NCBI RefSeq assembly: GCF_963921235.1
Contig: NC_086097.1
Span: 135,286,001 to 135,350,000, forward strand
Reading direction: 5' to 3'
DNA: 64,000 bases
Origin: Mobula hypostoma
Lineage: Eukaryota
The notes under the pieces: model-generated
What the model was told of the DNA's origin: nothing
Databases searched by the model: none
What the model saw: only the letters and a program-made list of their open reading frames with translations
Part shown: one piece after another, positions 10,345 through 23,940 of the stretch
Numbering within the stretch: position 1 is the first letter of the stretch
Layout: each line of letters begins with the position of its first letter
Position numbers and translations under genes: made by a program

Positions 10345-13300
10345 GAGGTGTTCAGAGACATCCTGAATGCTAAAAAGAGGGTGTTTAGAGATGATTTCCA
10401 TCTCTAAACGGGAGGAGCTGAGGACGATACAAAGGAACCTGAAAGCCAGGATCAGGGAGGCTAAAGACAGGTACGGGGGAAGCTTGAGTGGAAACTCCAG
10501 CAGAACAACATGAGAGAGGTCTGGAGGGGGATGAGGACCATCACTGGGTTCCGGCAAACTAGCAACAGAGGAGCTGAGGGCAGTGTGGACGGGGCCAATG
10601 AACTTAACCTGCTCTTTAACAGATTTGACATTGTGGCCCCTGCCCATCCCCCACATGAGTCATCTGTTGTCGGCCCCCAAACAACACATGTTCCACTCTC
10701 CCCTCCTACCCCTCCTCACAGCCCCCCACCCTGCTCTCATGACTACACCCCTCCCCCACATGGAACCACCACAGCTGAACGGGTGAGAAGACGGTTGAAA
10801 CGTCTCCACCCAAGCAAGGCTGCAGGCCCGGATGGTGTCAGCACCAGGGTGCTCATAGCCTGTGCCCCCCAGCTATGTGGAGTACTTCACCATATCTCCA
10901 ACCTGAGCCCGAGTCTCCAGAGGGTTCCTGTGCTGTGGAAGACGCCGTGCCCCAGTGGCTTCAATGACTACAGACCGGTGGCATTGACCGCCCACATCAT
11001 GAAGACCCTGGAGAGACTTGTTCTGGAGCAGCTCCGGCCTATGGTTAGGCCACACTTAGACCCCTCCAGTTCGCCTACCAGCCCCGACTAGGAGTTGAGA
11101 ATGCCATCGTCTACCTGCTGAACCGTGTCTATGCCCACCTGGACAAGCCAGCGAGCACTGTGAGGGTCATGTTTTTTGACTTCTCCAGTGCATTCAACAC
11201 CATCCGCCCTGGAGGAGAAGCTGACAGCGATGCAGGTGGATGCTTTCCTGGTGTCATGGATTATTGATTACCTGACTGGCAGACCACAGTACGTGTGCTT
11301 GCAACACTGTGTGTCAAACAGAGTGGTCAGCAGCACTGGGGCTCCACAGGGGACTGTCTTGTCTCTCTTTCTCTTCACCATCTACACCTCGGACTTCAAC
11401 TACTGCACAGAGTCTTGCCATCTTCAGAAGTTTTCTGATGACTCTGCCATAGTTGGATGCATCAGCAAGGGAGATGAGGCTGAGTACAGGGCTACGGTGG
11501 GAAACTTTGTCACATGGTGTGAGCAGAATTATCTGCAGCTTAATGTGAAAAAGACTAAGCAGCTGGTGGTGGACCTGAGGAGGGCTAAGGCACCGGTGAC
11601 CCCTGTTTCCATCCGGGGGTCAGTGCGGACATGGTGGTGATTACAAATACCTGGGGATATGAACTGACAATAAACTGGACTGGTCAAAGAACACTGAGGC
11701 TGTCTGCAAGAAGGGTCAGAGCCGTCTTTATTTCTTGAGGAGACTGAGGTCCTTCAACATCTGTCAGACGATGCTGAGGATGTTCTATGAGTCTGTGGTG
11801 GCCAGTGCTATCATGTTTGCTCTTGTGTGCTGGGGCAGCAGGCTGAGGGTAGCAGACACCAACAGAATCAACAAACTCATTCGTAAGGCCAGTGATGTTG
11901 TGGGGATGGAACTAGACGGTGGTGTCTGAAAAGAGGATGCTGTCTAAGTTGCATGCCATCTTGGACAATGTCTACCATCCACTACATAATGTACTGGTTG
12001 GGCACAGGAGTACATTCAGCCAGAGACTCATTCCACTGAGATGCAACACTGAGCATCATAGGAAGTCATTCCTGCCTGTAAAGAAGGCTGGTTGCTGAAG
12101 GTAGATGATTAATTTTATAGCATAGTATAGAAAATTATTTGGGAAATAGATGGGGAAGGATTTTTGAGTTAAAGCAGAGATAGCAAGTTCCACCACTTCG
12201 ATGGCATTTCAGACTGCACACGGCATCTGAAAGCAGTCGCCCCAAGTCTGAGGAGCTGGGCCCTTTCAGCAGTTGAGCCAGTGATCAACGGAACAGTTTG
12301 GAAGGGGGTGCCACTGGGGAGAGGTCCGTGCAGATATTTGCGTAGAGGCCACCCCAACCCCTTCCTGTACATCAATGAGAGAGCCCGTGGGTGCTCCTGG
12401 AAGGAGAGTTTCAGCGACCAGAGGATAAAGGGCCGAAGACAAAGGAATGTGATTAAGATGCAGTCAGCCTGCAGGCACATGAAAGGAGCTGCATTCCTAA
12501 AGACTTGGAACAGCCTCTCTGCTTAACATTTGGTAGGTAGCGATTAGGGAATGCTAGGATAGATATCCAGGTACATAAAATTGGGGGGAAATTCTGAGAC
12601 AGGGCATTTTTGCTGCCCTATTTGAGCAGATCCTCCAAGGTTGGCCTTTCCTGATACAAATTTAATTTGTCCAGGAGGGCCAAGAGGAGGGACTGTTAGA
12701 GTGGATTCTTTTGGGTAGATGATTTGTTAACACTTAAATGACTTTGGCCACCAGACTTCTATTTTAACTGTTTGACAAAGGACTGTGGATTGAGTCCACC
12801 ACAATGGGCTTCCCAAAAGGAGTGAATACCAGATGCTTCTGGTGCCTGATGCTGTAGTTTTGAAGGCAGTATCACCTATACATTATAAATATTAATTGTA
12901 TGAATTGTCTTCTATGTTAGCACGGAAAATGCCAAATAAATGTATTGTAGACTTAACTTACATTCCTAAAGGCTGTAGATACCAACCCAGATATGTTGGC
13001 GTCAGGAGGAAAGGATGGTGGAGATTTTGTATGTAGCTTCAATAGGAAGCATTGTCTATGCATTGCCTGTAACTTTTTAAGTAGCGATTGCCTTTGTGTT
13101 TAGCATATAAATATCGAGCCCACATTTAGCTAGCAGACCTTTCTATGGAAAGCGTCTCCATCCGTTAAGATGCCTGCTGTACCTTGTGTCGAATAAAGAA
13201 GCTGCTTTGAATCTACCAGTGACTGTCTCTCCGGTAATTTCATCCACGCTACAACACTGCCTGTGGCCATCAAACTTTACAACTCCTCCCTTGGAGGGTC

Positions 13301-13457
13301 AGACACCCTGACTTATTTCCATCTGGCATAATTTACATATTATTATCTAATTATTTATGGTTTTATATTGCTATGTTTATACTCTATTCTTGGTTGGTGC
13401 AACTGTAAGAAACCCAATTTCCCTCAGGATCAATAAAGTATGTCTTATCTTATCTTA
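10345..13457 (+). mobile_element. Rex1/Babar LINE, 5'-truncated, split by a solo LTR
   Basis: KAAGPDGV, NDYRPVALT, GAPQGTVLS and KFSDDSAIVG motifs; 3' AATAAA plus (tctta)n tail. Sequence resumes at 13257 after the LTR. Confidence 0.9.
12077..13256 (+). mobile_element. Solo LTR, 1180 bp (ERV or LTR retrotransposon)
   Basis: TGTAAAG...CTACAACA termini, 5-bp TSD CTGCC (12072-12076, 13257-13261), TATAAA at 13106 and AATAAA at 13192. Confidence 0.88.
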
Positions 13458-13639
13458 CTTGTTAGTTTTGCCGAAAAGTTGGTTACTACTGTGAAGGATG
13501 AATGCATAAAATTTTCTGGAAAGAAGCTGGCATGGATAACAGAGTGATAGCAAAGTGAAGATCCATGGAGCTCCAGCCACTGGGAGCCTACCACTTGCCT
13601 TTGACCTCCATCATTAAGAAGGATTGCAAAGAAAGCTTT

Positions 13640-14222
13640 TGGCACATTCAAAGTGTTGAGTGCAGGAGATGGGATATCATGATGAAGTTGTATAATATGT
13701 TAACGAGGCTTAATTTGGAGTATTGTGTGCAGTTTTGATCACATAACAGGAAAGATATAAATAATGTTCAAAGAGTACAGAGAAAATTTACAAGGATGTT
13801 GCTGGGAGCAGAGAACCTGAATTATAAGGAATGATTTAATAGGTTAGGACTTGGAGTGTAGAAGATTGAGGAGAGATTTGATAGAGGTATACAAAATTAT
13901 GAGGGGTATAGATAGGGGAAATGCAAGTGGGTTTATTCCACTGAGGTTGGGTGGGACTACAACTGGAGGTCATGGGTTAAGGGTGAAAAGTTTAAGAGGA
14001 ACTTGAGGGAAAAACTTTTTCACTCAGAGGGTTGTGAGAGTGTGGAACAAATTGCCAGTGCAAATGGTGCCTGTGAACTTGATTTCAATGTTGAAGAGAA
14101 GTTTGGATAGGTACATGGATAGTAGGAGGGAAAGAGGGCTATGGAGTAGGTAGTTTAAGTGGTTTGGTATGGACTAGAAGGGCCAAAGGGGCAGTTTTAG
14201 TGCTGTACTTTTCTATGCTCTG
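13640..14222 (+). mobile_element. CR1 LINE 3' fragment
   Basis: LEYCVQF...RVQRKFTRML...FFTQRVVRVWN-like coding remnants and 3' tail. Confidence 0.8.
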
Positions 14223-14896
14223 TAATGTGAGTATTAGGTTGGCTGCGAGACTCTGGAACTAGAGCTTGTGATGACATAGACACAAGAAAGAATGCAGATG
14301 CTGGAAAATCCAAAGTAACACACAAAATGCTGGAGGAATGCATTATATTTTTTGATAAAGTGTTGCATTGGGAGGGGAAGCTGAGCTTCTTATCTCTTTA
14401 GAAATCCAGTACATTGTTAAAAATGCAGTGAGTCCCTCTCAACCAAATTCAGAAGGAGGATGAATTAGTAATCAAGCAAGCAAAGCCCTTCCAACACGGA
14501 TGAAAATTCCCCATGAAATCTGGCAGCAACAGGCCAGTGCCTGGGGGGTTGGACAACAAATGTTTTGGATAGTCAGCAGTGCTCACATACTGTGAGTAGA
14601 TTTTCAAAAATATCACCTCACAAGAAAGGCATGATTGACCTCCAACTCTGGATTTTGTGAGCTTTCTGTTAAGTTTTAAAATCGTTACAATTATGAATTC
14701 AGATAATTGAAACAAGTAAGCTGGAAGAATAACTGGAGTTGAAAAAGTGTGGGGGATACAATATTTTGAACTAATTTCTGCAATTACGATTAATTCACTG
14801 ATCCCCCAGTTGATGGGAGGCTCACAACTCTCAATTCATCACTACCCATGAACCAGAACAATCACCTCTATTTTTATAGCTTTGAGAAAGCAATGT

Positions 14897-17045
14897 TTAA
14901 AGTTCAAAGTAAAATGTATTATCAGAGTACATACACATCACCACATACAATCCTGAGATTCATTTTTCTGCAGGCATACTTAGCAAATCTATAGAACAGT
15001 AACTGTAAACAGGATCAATGAACAACAAACTGTGCAAATGCAAATATACATAAATAGTAATAAATAATGAGCATGAAATAACAAGGTGAAAGAGTCCTTA
15101 AATGAGTGTAGTTATCTTCTTTTATTCAACAGCCTGATGATTGAGGGGCAGTAACTGTTCTTGAACCTGGTGATGTAAGTCCTGAGGTGCTTGTACCATC
15201 CACCTGAGCGAGAAAAGAGCATGGCCTCGGTGGTGAGGATCTTTGATAATGGGTAAACACGAGGAAATCTGCAGATGCTGGAAATTCAAGCAACACACAC
15301 AAAATGCTGGTGTAAGGCAGCAGGCCAGGCAGCACCTATAGGAAGAAGTACAGTCGACATTTTGGGCCGAGACCCTTTGTCAGGACTAACTGAAAGAAGA
15401 GATAGTAATAGAGTAAGAGATTTGAAAGTGGGAGGGGGAGATCCGAATGATAGGAGAAGACAGGAGGGGGAGGGATGAGGCTAAGAGCTGGAAAGTTGAT
15501 AATGGGTGCTGTTTTTCTATGGCATCGTTTCATGTAGATGTGCTCAATGGTTTTACCCATGATGTACTGGGCCAAATCCACCACTTTTTGTAGGATTTCC
15601 ATTCACAGGCATTGGTGTTCCCATACTAGGCCGTGATAAAGCCAGTCAACACACTCTACACCACACATCTATCAAAGTTTTAGATGTCTGCAGACTCCTA
15701 AGGAAGTGGAGGCACTGATGTGCTTTCTTTGCAATTGCACTTGCGTGCTGGGACCAGGACAGATCCTCTGAAATAGTAACACCCAGCAATTTGAAGTTGC
15801 TAATCCTCCCCACCTCTGATCCTCCAGTGAGAACTGACTCTGATTTCCCTCTCCTGAAGTCTAGTCAGTTCCTTAGTCTTGCTGACATTGGGTGAGAGGC
15901 TGTTGTTATGACACCACTCAGCCAAGTTTTCAAACTCCCTCCTGTATGCTGATTCATCATCCCCTTTGATACGGCCCACAACAGTGGTGTCATCAGCAAA
16001 CTTGAATATGGTGTTGGAGCTGTACTTAACCACACAGTCATAGGTGTAAAATGAGAAGAGCAGGGGGCTGAGCACACGTCCCTGTGGTGCTCCTGTGCTG
16101 ATGGAGATTGTGGAGGAGATGTTTTTGAGTATCTGAACTGACTGGGGTCTGCAAGTGAGGAAATCCAGGGTCCAATTGCACAAGGGGTATCGAACCCAGG
16201 TCTTGGAATTTACTGATTAGTACTGAGGGGTTGATGGTGTTAACTGCTGAGCTGTAATCAATAACGAGCATCCTGATGTATACACCTTTACTCGCAAGAT
16301 GTCCCAGGCTTGTGTGAAGAGCCAACAAGATAGCATCTGCTGTAGACCTGTTGCTTCAGTCGGTGAATTGGAGCGGGTCCAAATCACCATTCAGACAGGA
16401 GCTGATATGCTTCAACACCAGTCTCTCAAAATACTTCATCACTGTGGATGTAAATGCCATTGAACGATTTAGGCAGATTACCACACTCTTTTTGGGCACT
16501 GATACAATGGAAACCTGCTTGAAGCAGTTGGGTACCACACATTGCTGGAGTGAGAGGCTGAAGATATCAATGAATACACTAACCTGTTGGTCAGCACAGG
16601 ACTTCAATACTCAGCCAGGTACTCTGTCCGGACTGTATGTTCTCCTTGGATTCACTCTCCTGAAGGCAGCTCACAGGTCATCTTTACAAACTGAGCATAG
16701 AAGACATTGAGCCCATCTGGAACCAAAGCTCTGCTGTCCCCCCTGTCGCAAGATTTAATTTTTTGGGAGGCTATGGCAGTCAAACCCTGCTACAGCTGTT
16801 GAACATCCCTTGTTGATTCCAATCCAGTTTGGAATCCCCACTTTGCCTTGAGATGGCTTTCCAGAGATCATACCCGCAACTCTTGTAGCAGTCTTGATCT
16901 CCAGTCTCGAATGCCTCTGATCTGGCTTTCAGCAGATTCCAGATTTTATTGTTCATCCAGGGCTTCTGATTGAGGGAAAGTCTGATCTATTTTGTGGGGA
17001 CACACTCAGCCACAGCTGTTTTAATAAAGTCTGTAACAACCCTGG
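14897..17045 (-). mobile_element. Rex1/Babar LINE, degraded, containing a Penelope 3'-end insertion
   Basis: [24 protein letters not shown] and DLDPLQF motifs; same family as 1-807. Confidence 0.88.
15255..15495 (-). mobile_element. 5'-truncated Penelope pLTR/3'-end insertion
   Basis: Homologous to 2803-3010. Flanked by direct repeat TTGATAATGGGT (15243-15254, 15496-15507). Degenerate hammerhead at 15352-15387. Confidence 0.88.
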
Positions 17046-18632
17046 TGTCGTCTAAATTAAAGTGTCATTTTAAACTGAAAGCTCACTGGAGTAAATACGT
17101 GGTGGAGCAAGTGTTGTTCCCCTGAGGTCTGATGCATTGTCAACTTTTAACACCAACCAGTTTGAGTACCTGCTTCTGAAAACTATCACACATCATAAAC
17201 CCTGACTTTTTTCAAAGTGTCATACATATTTTCAGGCTGAAATGCCATTAGTTCCTTCTAATTTCTTTTCTTTAAACCTCCACCATCCTTTAATGAGCAT
17301 TTCCATTCCTGATAACTCTGAAAAATAGTTCTCGTCAGTGTCCAAGATCTTTTGCTGACATGTTAAATCTGGGATCTCTGATTATTGACTTATGTCGCTT
17401 CATTAGAACTTATCCTTGTGAAACAATAAACCATTTCTATTTTGAATTTCCCCCTATCACCTTCTCATACTGAAGTCCCAGTAACACCTTAGAAAGCAGA
17501 CACAAGCTTTTACATCCTTTCTGAGAAGTGGTGCCTTGAATTAACCATGATTCTCCGGTTGAAACCTAACAGCAGTTTGCAGTATAATGAGAAGCCCTTT
17601 TAAAAACCCATCCACTAGCCTCATCTTGTGTACATGGAGACCCACCGGGTTTGTTTGCTCAACTACAGGTGGCTGTTTAGAGTACATTGTTTTTCCACAT
17701 TAATTGTTCTAAGAAGGTTCAGGATCTCCCAGTAATGAAGTGAAGTAGCTTTTCAGCCCAATCATAGAACCTTCATTTATTTAGTATTTAAGTGTAGAAA
17801 GCAATACCACCCCTGCAGCTTACCTGGCCATTCAAAAAGATGAATTCAAATTTCATCATACCTCAAGATTTCCTTTGTACTTCAATTGTGATGGATATTC
17901 ACTTCGTGGACCAGGGGACGTCATGTTTTGCCAAGCTCAGCTTTCTAAACACAACAGCTGTCACTTGTAGAATCAAACAGTGCAAATAAACTTCTAACTA
18001 AAAGTTGTTTAGCTTCTGGCCATAAACAGGAGCCAGTCTTCAGCTTAAATAGCAAGCAGTCATCAGCTTGAAGTTAAAAACACAGTTTTGCAAACAAGCT
18101 GTCTATAGAGCAGACTGCTAGCCCACATCACCTGTCTTAAGATCTTTTATTTATTGAGATACAGCACAGAATAGGCCTTTCTGGCCATGCGGTCCAGCAA
18201 CCCTCAATTTAACCCTAGCCAAAATACTGGATAATTTACAATGTCCAATTAACATGCCAACCAGTATGTCTTTGGTCTGTGGAAAGAAACCAGAGTGCCT
18301 AGAGGAAACCCATGTGATCATGGAGGAAACATACCAACTGTTTACAGGCAGCAGGAGGAATTAATCTGGCCTGTTTCAAAATAGATGTTGACCAAGTTGC
18401 TTAATTTAAGGAAGCTTGCAGGCCAGATAGATACAACAATTTAGCTATCAATAACTGATCTATTAGTGTTGGAAGTTTTATGTACTCAATGGACTTGACA
18501 GCATTGATCATTGGTAGCCGGGAATTGTGTCTCCAAAAAGCTTTTAGACCATTTGAGTAAAAGGGGCATCCTGGGAAATATCATGTGTGCGTAAAGCCAG
18601 CCAAGTAGCAGAAAAACGGTGAAAATGTAGAG

Positions 18633-18971
18633 AGCAACACATATAAAAGTTGCTGGTCGCAAGGCAGCATCTCTAGGAAGATGTACAGTCCATGTTTCGG
18701 GCTGAGACCCTTCATCAGGACTAACTGAAGGAAGAGCTAGTAAGAGATTTGAAGTGGGAGGGGGAGGGGGGAGATCCAAAATGATAGGAGGAGACAGGAG
18801 GGGGAGGGATGAAGCCAAGAGCTGGACAGTTGATTGGCAAAAGGGATATGAGAGGATCATGGGACAGGAGGCCTAAGGAGAAAGAAAAGGGGGAGGGGGG
18901 GAAACCCAGAGGATGGGCAAGGGGTATAGTGAGAGGGACAGACGGAGAAAAAGGAGAGAGAGAAAAAGAAT
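18633..18971 (-). mobile_element. Penelope pLTR/3'-end fragment
   Basis: Very similar to 2806-3142; hammerhead-like motif at 18687-18722. Confidence 0.9.
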
Positions 18972-19277
18972 TATTCTACATTTTATAGTTCCCTTCCTAA
19001 TCCAACAATTTGCATTACATCCCACCTCCAGTATAGTAACCTCTCACAGGAATGCCCTCAAAATTCAGGGTCTGGGTACATAACACAAGATTGGATTTTT
19101 AATATAATCAAGGCTCATTGAGAGGAACTCAGAATTTAAAGCTTTGGATTATCTCACTATCTATCCCATCCCATGATATTGGAAGACTTCCACCAATCAA
19201 TGACATGGTTAATTTGTTGAGAGGAAGTCCAGACTGTCAATATAAAAACTACAAGAATGACTGACAATGACTCTTTT

Positions 19278-20040
19278 CATAGAAACATAGAAAACCTACT
19301 GTACAATACAGGCCCTTCGGCCCAAAGTTGTGCCGAACATGTCCCTATCTTAGAAATTATTAGGTTTACCTATAGCCCTCTATTTTTCTAAGCTCCATGT
19401 ATCTATCCAAGAGTCTCTTTCTTAAAAGACTCTATCATATCTGCCTCCACCACCACTGCCGGCAGCCCATTCCAAGCACTCACCAACCTGAGTGAAAAAC
19501 TTACCCCTGACATCTCCTCTGTACCTACTCCCCAGCACCTTAAACCTGTGTCCTCTAGTGGCAACCATTTCAGCCCTGGGAAAAAGCGTCTGACTATCCA
19601 TACGATCAATGCCTCTCATCATCTTATACACCTCTATCAGGTCACCTCTCATCCTCCGTTGCTCCAAGGAAAAAAGGCCGAGCTCATTCAACCTATTCTT
19701 GTAAGGCATGCTCCCCAATCCAGGCAACATCCTTGTAAATCTCCTCTGCACCCTTTCTATGGTTTCCACATCCTTCCTGTAGTGAGACGACCAGGACTGA
19801 GCACAGTACTCCAAGTGGGGCCTGACCAGGGTCCTATATAGCTGCAACATTACCTCTCGGCTCCCAAATTCACTTCCACGATCGATGAAGGCCAATACAT
19901 CGTATGCCTTCTTAACCACAGAGTCAACCTGCGCAGCTGCTTTGAGGGTCCTATGGACTCGGACCCCAAGATCCCTCTGATCCTCCATACTGCCAAGAGT
20001 TTTACCGTTAATACTACATTCTGCCATCATATTTGACTCT
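19278..20040 (-). mobile_element. CR1 LINE 3' end (an older CR1 fragment follows at ~20180-20580)
   Basis: RDLGVRVHRTLK...LVRPHLEYCAQ...RRMRGDLIEVYK; (tctatgtt) tail. Confidence 0.92.
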
Positions 20041-21652
20041 ACCATTTTCCTCACACCTCCTTTCAAGATGATGAGGACCTGTAAATTATATGGAAAATTG
20101 AGAAGACTGCCGTAATAAGAGTTCAGTTTTGAATCTGCTGCTGATGTCAGCATCTGCCTGGGAATGACAAGTTTTATAGATTTATACAGTATGGAAACAA
20201 GACCTTCAACCCAATTCCTCCATGTGGACAAGATGCATTCCTGAGCTAGTCCCATTTGCCTTCATCTGATGCATCTCCCTCCAAAGGTTTCCTATCCATG
20301 TACCCAACTAAATGTCTTTAAAATGTAACTGTGCACTCTTCTATCACTTCCTCTGGCAGTTCATTCCATATACTCACCTCCTTCTATGTGGAAAAACTTG
20401 CCCTCAAGTCTCTTTTTAAGCTTTTCCTCCTCACATTAAATGCATTCCCTTTCCTACCCTGGGTAAAAGACAGTGACTGTTTACCCTGTGCATGCCCCTA
20501 GTCATTTTATAAACCTCTGTAAGGTCACAATTTAACTTCCTACACTCCAGAGAAAGCAGTCCCTGTCTATCCAGATATGCAAGAGAATGTAGATGTTGGA
20601 ACTCAGCTGGTCAAACAGCATCTGTGAGAAGAAAAGGCTGCTCGGTTTCAATCCAATTTGTTTCCCCATAGATGCTGCTCAACACAGTGAGTTACTCCAG
20701 CAGATTGTTGCTCCAACCTACTCTTACAATTTAAACCCTTCAATCCAGGTGACATTGTTCTGAATCTTTTCTACATTCTTTCAGGCTTTCTATACGAGCT
20801 TTTCTGTGCAGTGGAAAGGGAACTAAAATGGTTCCACATAATTGAGTTAATTATCTGACAAGTTCTATCATAGGGCAGGCTAAATACGTTTGTAGGAATT
20901 GGATTTGTCCACGGAGAGGGGAGCGAAAAACAGAAGGAACCGAAGACTGGCTTCCCGAGGCAAGCAGCAGCCTCTTCTGCTACTCTAAATTAATTGAGCC
21001 AGCAGTTTTAAAACCTGAAGTTCATTGGGATTTCCCACTGCACAGGCTGATGGGTTATACTGTACAGACACAGCTTTCTGAAACAATACATTAACTTTGT
21101 GCCATTTGCTTTATTTAAAATCTCTTCACATCACAACTAACTCAATGCTGCTGATTCTACCCCTCTTCTGACAACAAACATCCTGGGACCCCAAGACTCA
21201 TCAAATTCTAGATGTCTTAAATCTGTAAGCCCACATCAGCCAGTTAAGCCCTAAACTGTGGCAAAACTGTTGATTGTATCTTATTAAAATTCCTTCTCAT
21301 GAGACATTGGAATAAAAAAAAGATTAAGACTTTAATTACAAGCATAAAACTATTTTCAAAATAGGCAATTTTTTTAAAATCCCCAATTTTGTCTGATGAA
21401 TTACATGATATGCACATTTCAGCAATTCTATACATAACTATAAAGCCAAACCTTAATTTTGTGTTAATCAGATGAAAACAGTAGACCATTTAATACAAAT
21501 ATAATAAAAAGTCAATAAATAGATTCAAGTTATTAAATATTACGAAAACCAAAACACTAGTGTAACAGTGGCAAAGGGTCAATGCGATGTTAAACTTCGT
21601 TTCTCTTGAACAGATTCTGCCTGACCTGCTGAGGGTTCCTGGCGTTTCTGTT

Positions 21653-21658
21653 TTTATT
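21653..21658 (-). terminator. Candidate polyadenylation signal of tbc1d31 (another candidate at 21110-21115)
   Basis: AATAAA on the minus strand about 20 nt after the stop. The region is AT-rich, so usage is uncertain. Confidence 0.3.
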
Positions 21659-21677
21659 ATTAAATGACATAATTGCT

Positions 21678-21817
21678 CTATATTGTACTGTCTGTGAGGG
21701 AGTTAGTTGAATATGCCTGGAGAGCTCGCATTGCAAGTTTTTGTCTCAGCTCCCGTACGCCAGTCATTAATTCACGCTCCTTTCTTTCTAGGTCCATTTT
21801 TCCTCTATCTGAAGACA
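21678..21817 (-). CDS. tbc1d31: TBC1D31 terminal coding exon with TAG stop
   Basis: ttttttcttgtag acceptor; (L)SSDRGKMDLERKERELMTGVRELRQKLAMRALQAYSTNSLTDSTI*. Resembles human NLIKKVRNLRQRLTARA. Confidence 0.88.
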
Positions 21818-22722
21818 CTACAAGAAAAAAAACACAAATTAAAATGAACAATATGTTCATTTGTCAGGAATTACCAAACGTTCTTTCATGAAATATTGAG
21901 CACTAAAATCCGTTACAATCATTAACTATATTTGAGGCATATTTTTTGTTTTGGTGGGGGGTGGCCAAGGATGGAATAACGAGAGTGATACATAAAAACT
22001 TTCTCATTCAGCACAGAAACAGGCCTTTCAGCCCAACTCATCCATACTGACCAGGATTCCTAACCTCAGTAAGTCTTATATTCCCACATTCAATCCATAT
22101 TCCTCCAAACCTTTCCCATCCATTCCCTGTCCAAATGCCTTCTAAATATTGTTAATGGATCTGCTTCAACCACATTTCCAAAGTCTTGAGAGAAAGTCAC
22201 ATTGCACCCCCTTGGCCATTCAACAAACAATGAAGTTTGGGCAATTATTTTCCAAATTTAGATGAAGGAACAAGCAGAAAATCCCTTCATCTACAGTAGA
22301 GGCAAGATGCCTAAGAATCTTGCACAGTACTGTAATAACTTTATGTATTGCACTATTCTGTTGCCAAAATAAAAACAAATTTCATGACATACGAGTCATA
22401 ATAAATCTGATTCTGATATGGGTCTCTAATGTGGACTAAGAGTGGGAATGGGCAGGACAATCATGGTTGGGAAAAGGGGAAGGGGAAGGGGGAAGGAGGG
22501 AGTGGGAAGTATCTGTAATGATCAATAAACCAACTGTTTGTAATCTAACGACTTTGCCTGGTGTCTCTGGGCTGTGTGTCTGCATCCTTGTCACACCCCA
22601 CCACAGCACTCCTTCTCTGCCACCTGCTCCACACCCCTTTCGTGGCACTCCAACCTTGCCGTTCCCAACATCCTTTGCTTGCATTAGATTTACAAATGCT
22701 CTCTACTCTACGTTGACTAATA

Positions 22723-22790
22723 CAATACTGTGCAAAAGTCTTAGGCACCCAAGCTATGTACATGTATCCAAGACTTTCGCACTGAACTAT
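22723..22790. mobile_element. Tiny Tc1-type MITE-like palindrome (a related end at ~22309-22333)
   Basis: caatactgtgcaaaagtcttaggcac ... ccaagactttcgcactgaact imperfect inverted repeat, flanked by TA. Confidence 0.45.
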
Positions 22791-23814
22791 ACGTTACATT
22801 TTTTAAAAAAAATTAGAAGTACTATATTTGTAAGGATTTTTAAACATCATGACAAGAAAAGCAGTTCCCCATCAATGCCAGGTTGTGAAATAATATACAT
22901 CTTGAAATAAATTAAAATTAACAACAATCAGAATAGGGAGAAGGGAGTAGGCAGTTTAAATGGTTTGGCACAGACTAAATAAGTCAAAAGGCCTGTTTCT
23001 GTGCTGTACTTTTCTATGACACTATAAGAGAAACAGAAATTGTCTAATAGATGAATATGTGATTTGGGAAAAGAATACATTTGAAGGTAGGATAGAATGA
23101 GACAAAAAAGGTAAACTAAACGATGCGAAAGATCTGATAAAACAGATGCCAACTGTCTCGTGTTGGTGGAGGTGATGTACAAGGGAATTAACCTGTTTTC
23201 CAATCAGGTGGCTTTCAGTTTGATGACAAAGAAAATAGCAAAACTAGTTCATGTGATCTCTATAAGTTCGTAATGTGGACTTCTGCCACTAGTATACAAA
23301 TCTATCCCTCCCACTTCATTGTAATTTACATGAAATGGGATATCAGAACTGAACAATTTTCTCCACAATTAACAATTTATGAAATGTGTAGACTTGTGCA
23401 GTTTTGTCAGAAGCAGATTTCACTGCCCATGTTTCTCCATTACCTACACATAGGTGGAGGACATTCAGTAAGAACAAGTTTACCTCTCTTTCTAAGACAC
23501 CCAGCTACAGGGGGTGTCATTTATATTTACTTTAGACATGAATGTTTATTTGATTAAACTTGTGTTATACAAAAGGTTACTCTTTGTTAATGGAGGAGAC
23601 GAGATTACTGGAGAATAAAAAGCTGTTTTAAGATAATCTGCTTTTAGAAATTAGTCACACTTGTAACAAATTTTTAAGATCATACACAACTGGCGTGCAA
23701 CATTTTGAGAAGGAATGAAGGAAAAATCTCAATTGCATAAAATGTGAGTGTACATAAAAAATACAGTATTCATAGTTATGAACAGTTTGACACCAACTTC
23801 CGCCACGTGCTTAC

Positions 23815-23940
23815 ACTGAATTGAAGAGTCCAATGACATGTCATTCAAACACAGACTGGTATGCTTTTGGTCCCCACTGCCCAGTAACAGATCCCGTTCT
23901 TGTTTCGTTGGACCTTCAGGTCTTGAGTCATAAAGTCTCT
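23815..23940 (-). CDS. tbc1d31: TBC1D31 penultimate coding exon
   Basis: 126 nt, ttttctttccaag/gtaagc, (E)RLYDSRPEGPTKQERDLLLGSGDQKHTSLCLNDMSLDSSIQ. The end resembles human SQLNDSSEMDPSTQ; phase 1-1. Confidence 0.78.

Noticed and set aside
19422..20255. 277-aa ORF as a host gene
   Set aside because: CR1 ORF2 C-terminus extended by chance through flanking DNA.
21027..21036. Perfect NF-kB-type site GGGATTTCCC downstream of tbc1d31
   Set aside because: A single short motif in 64 kb with no supporting evidence.
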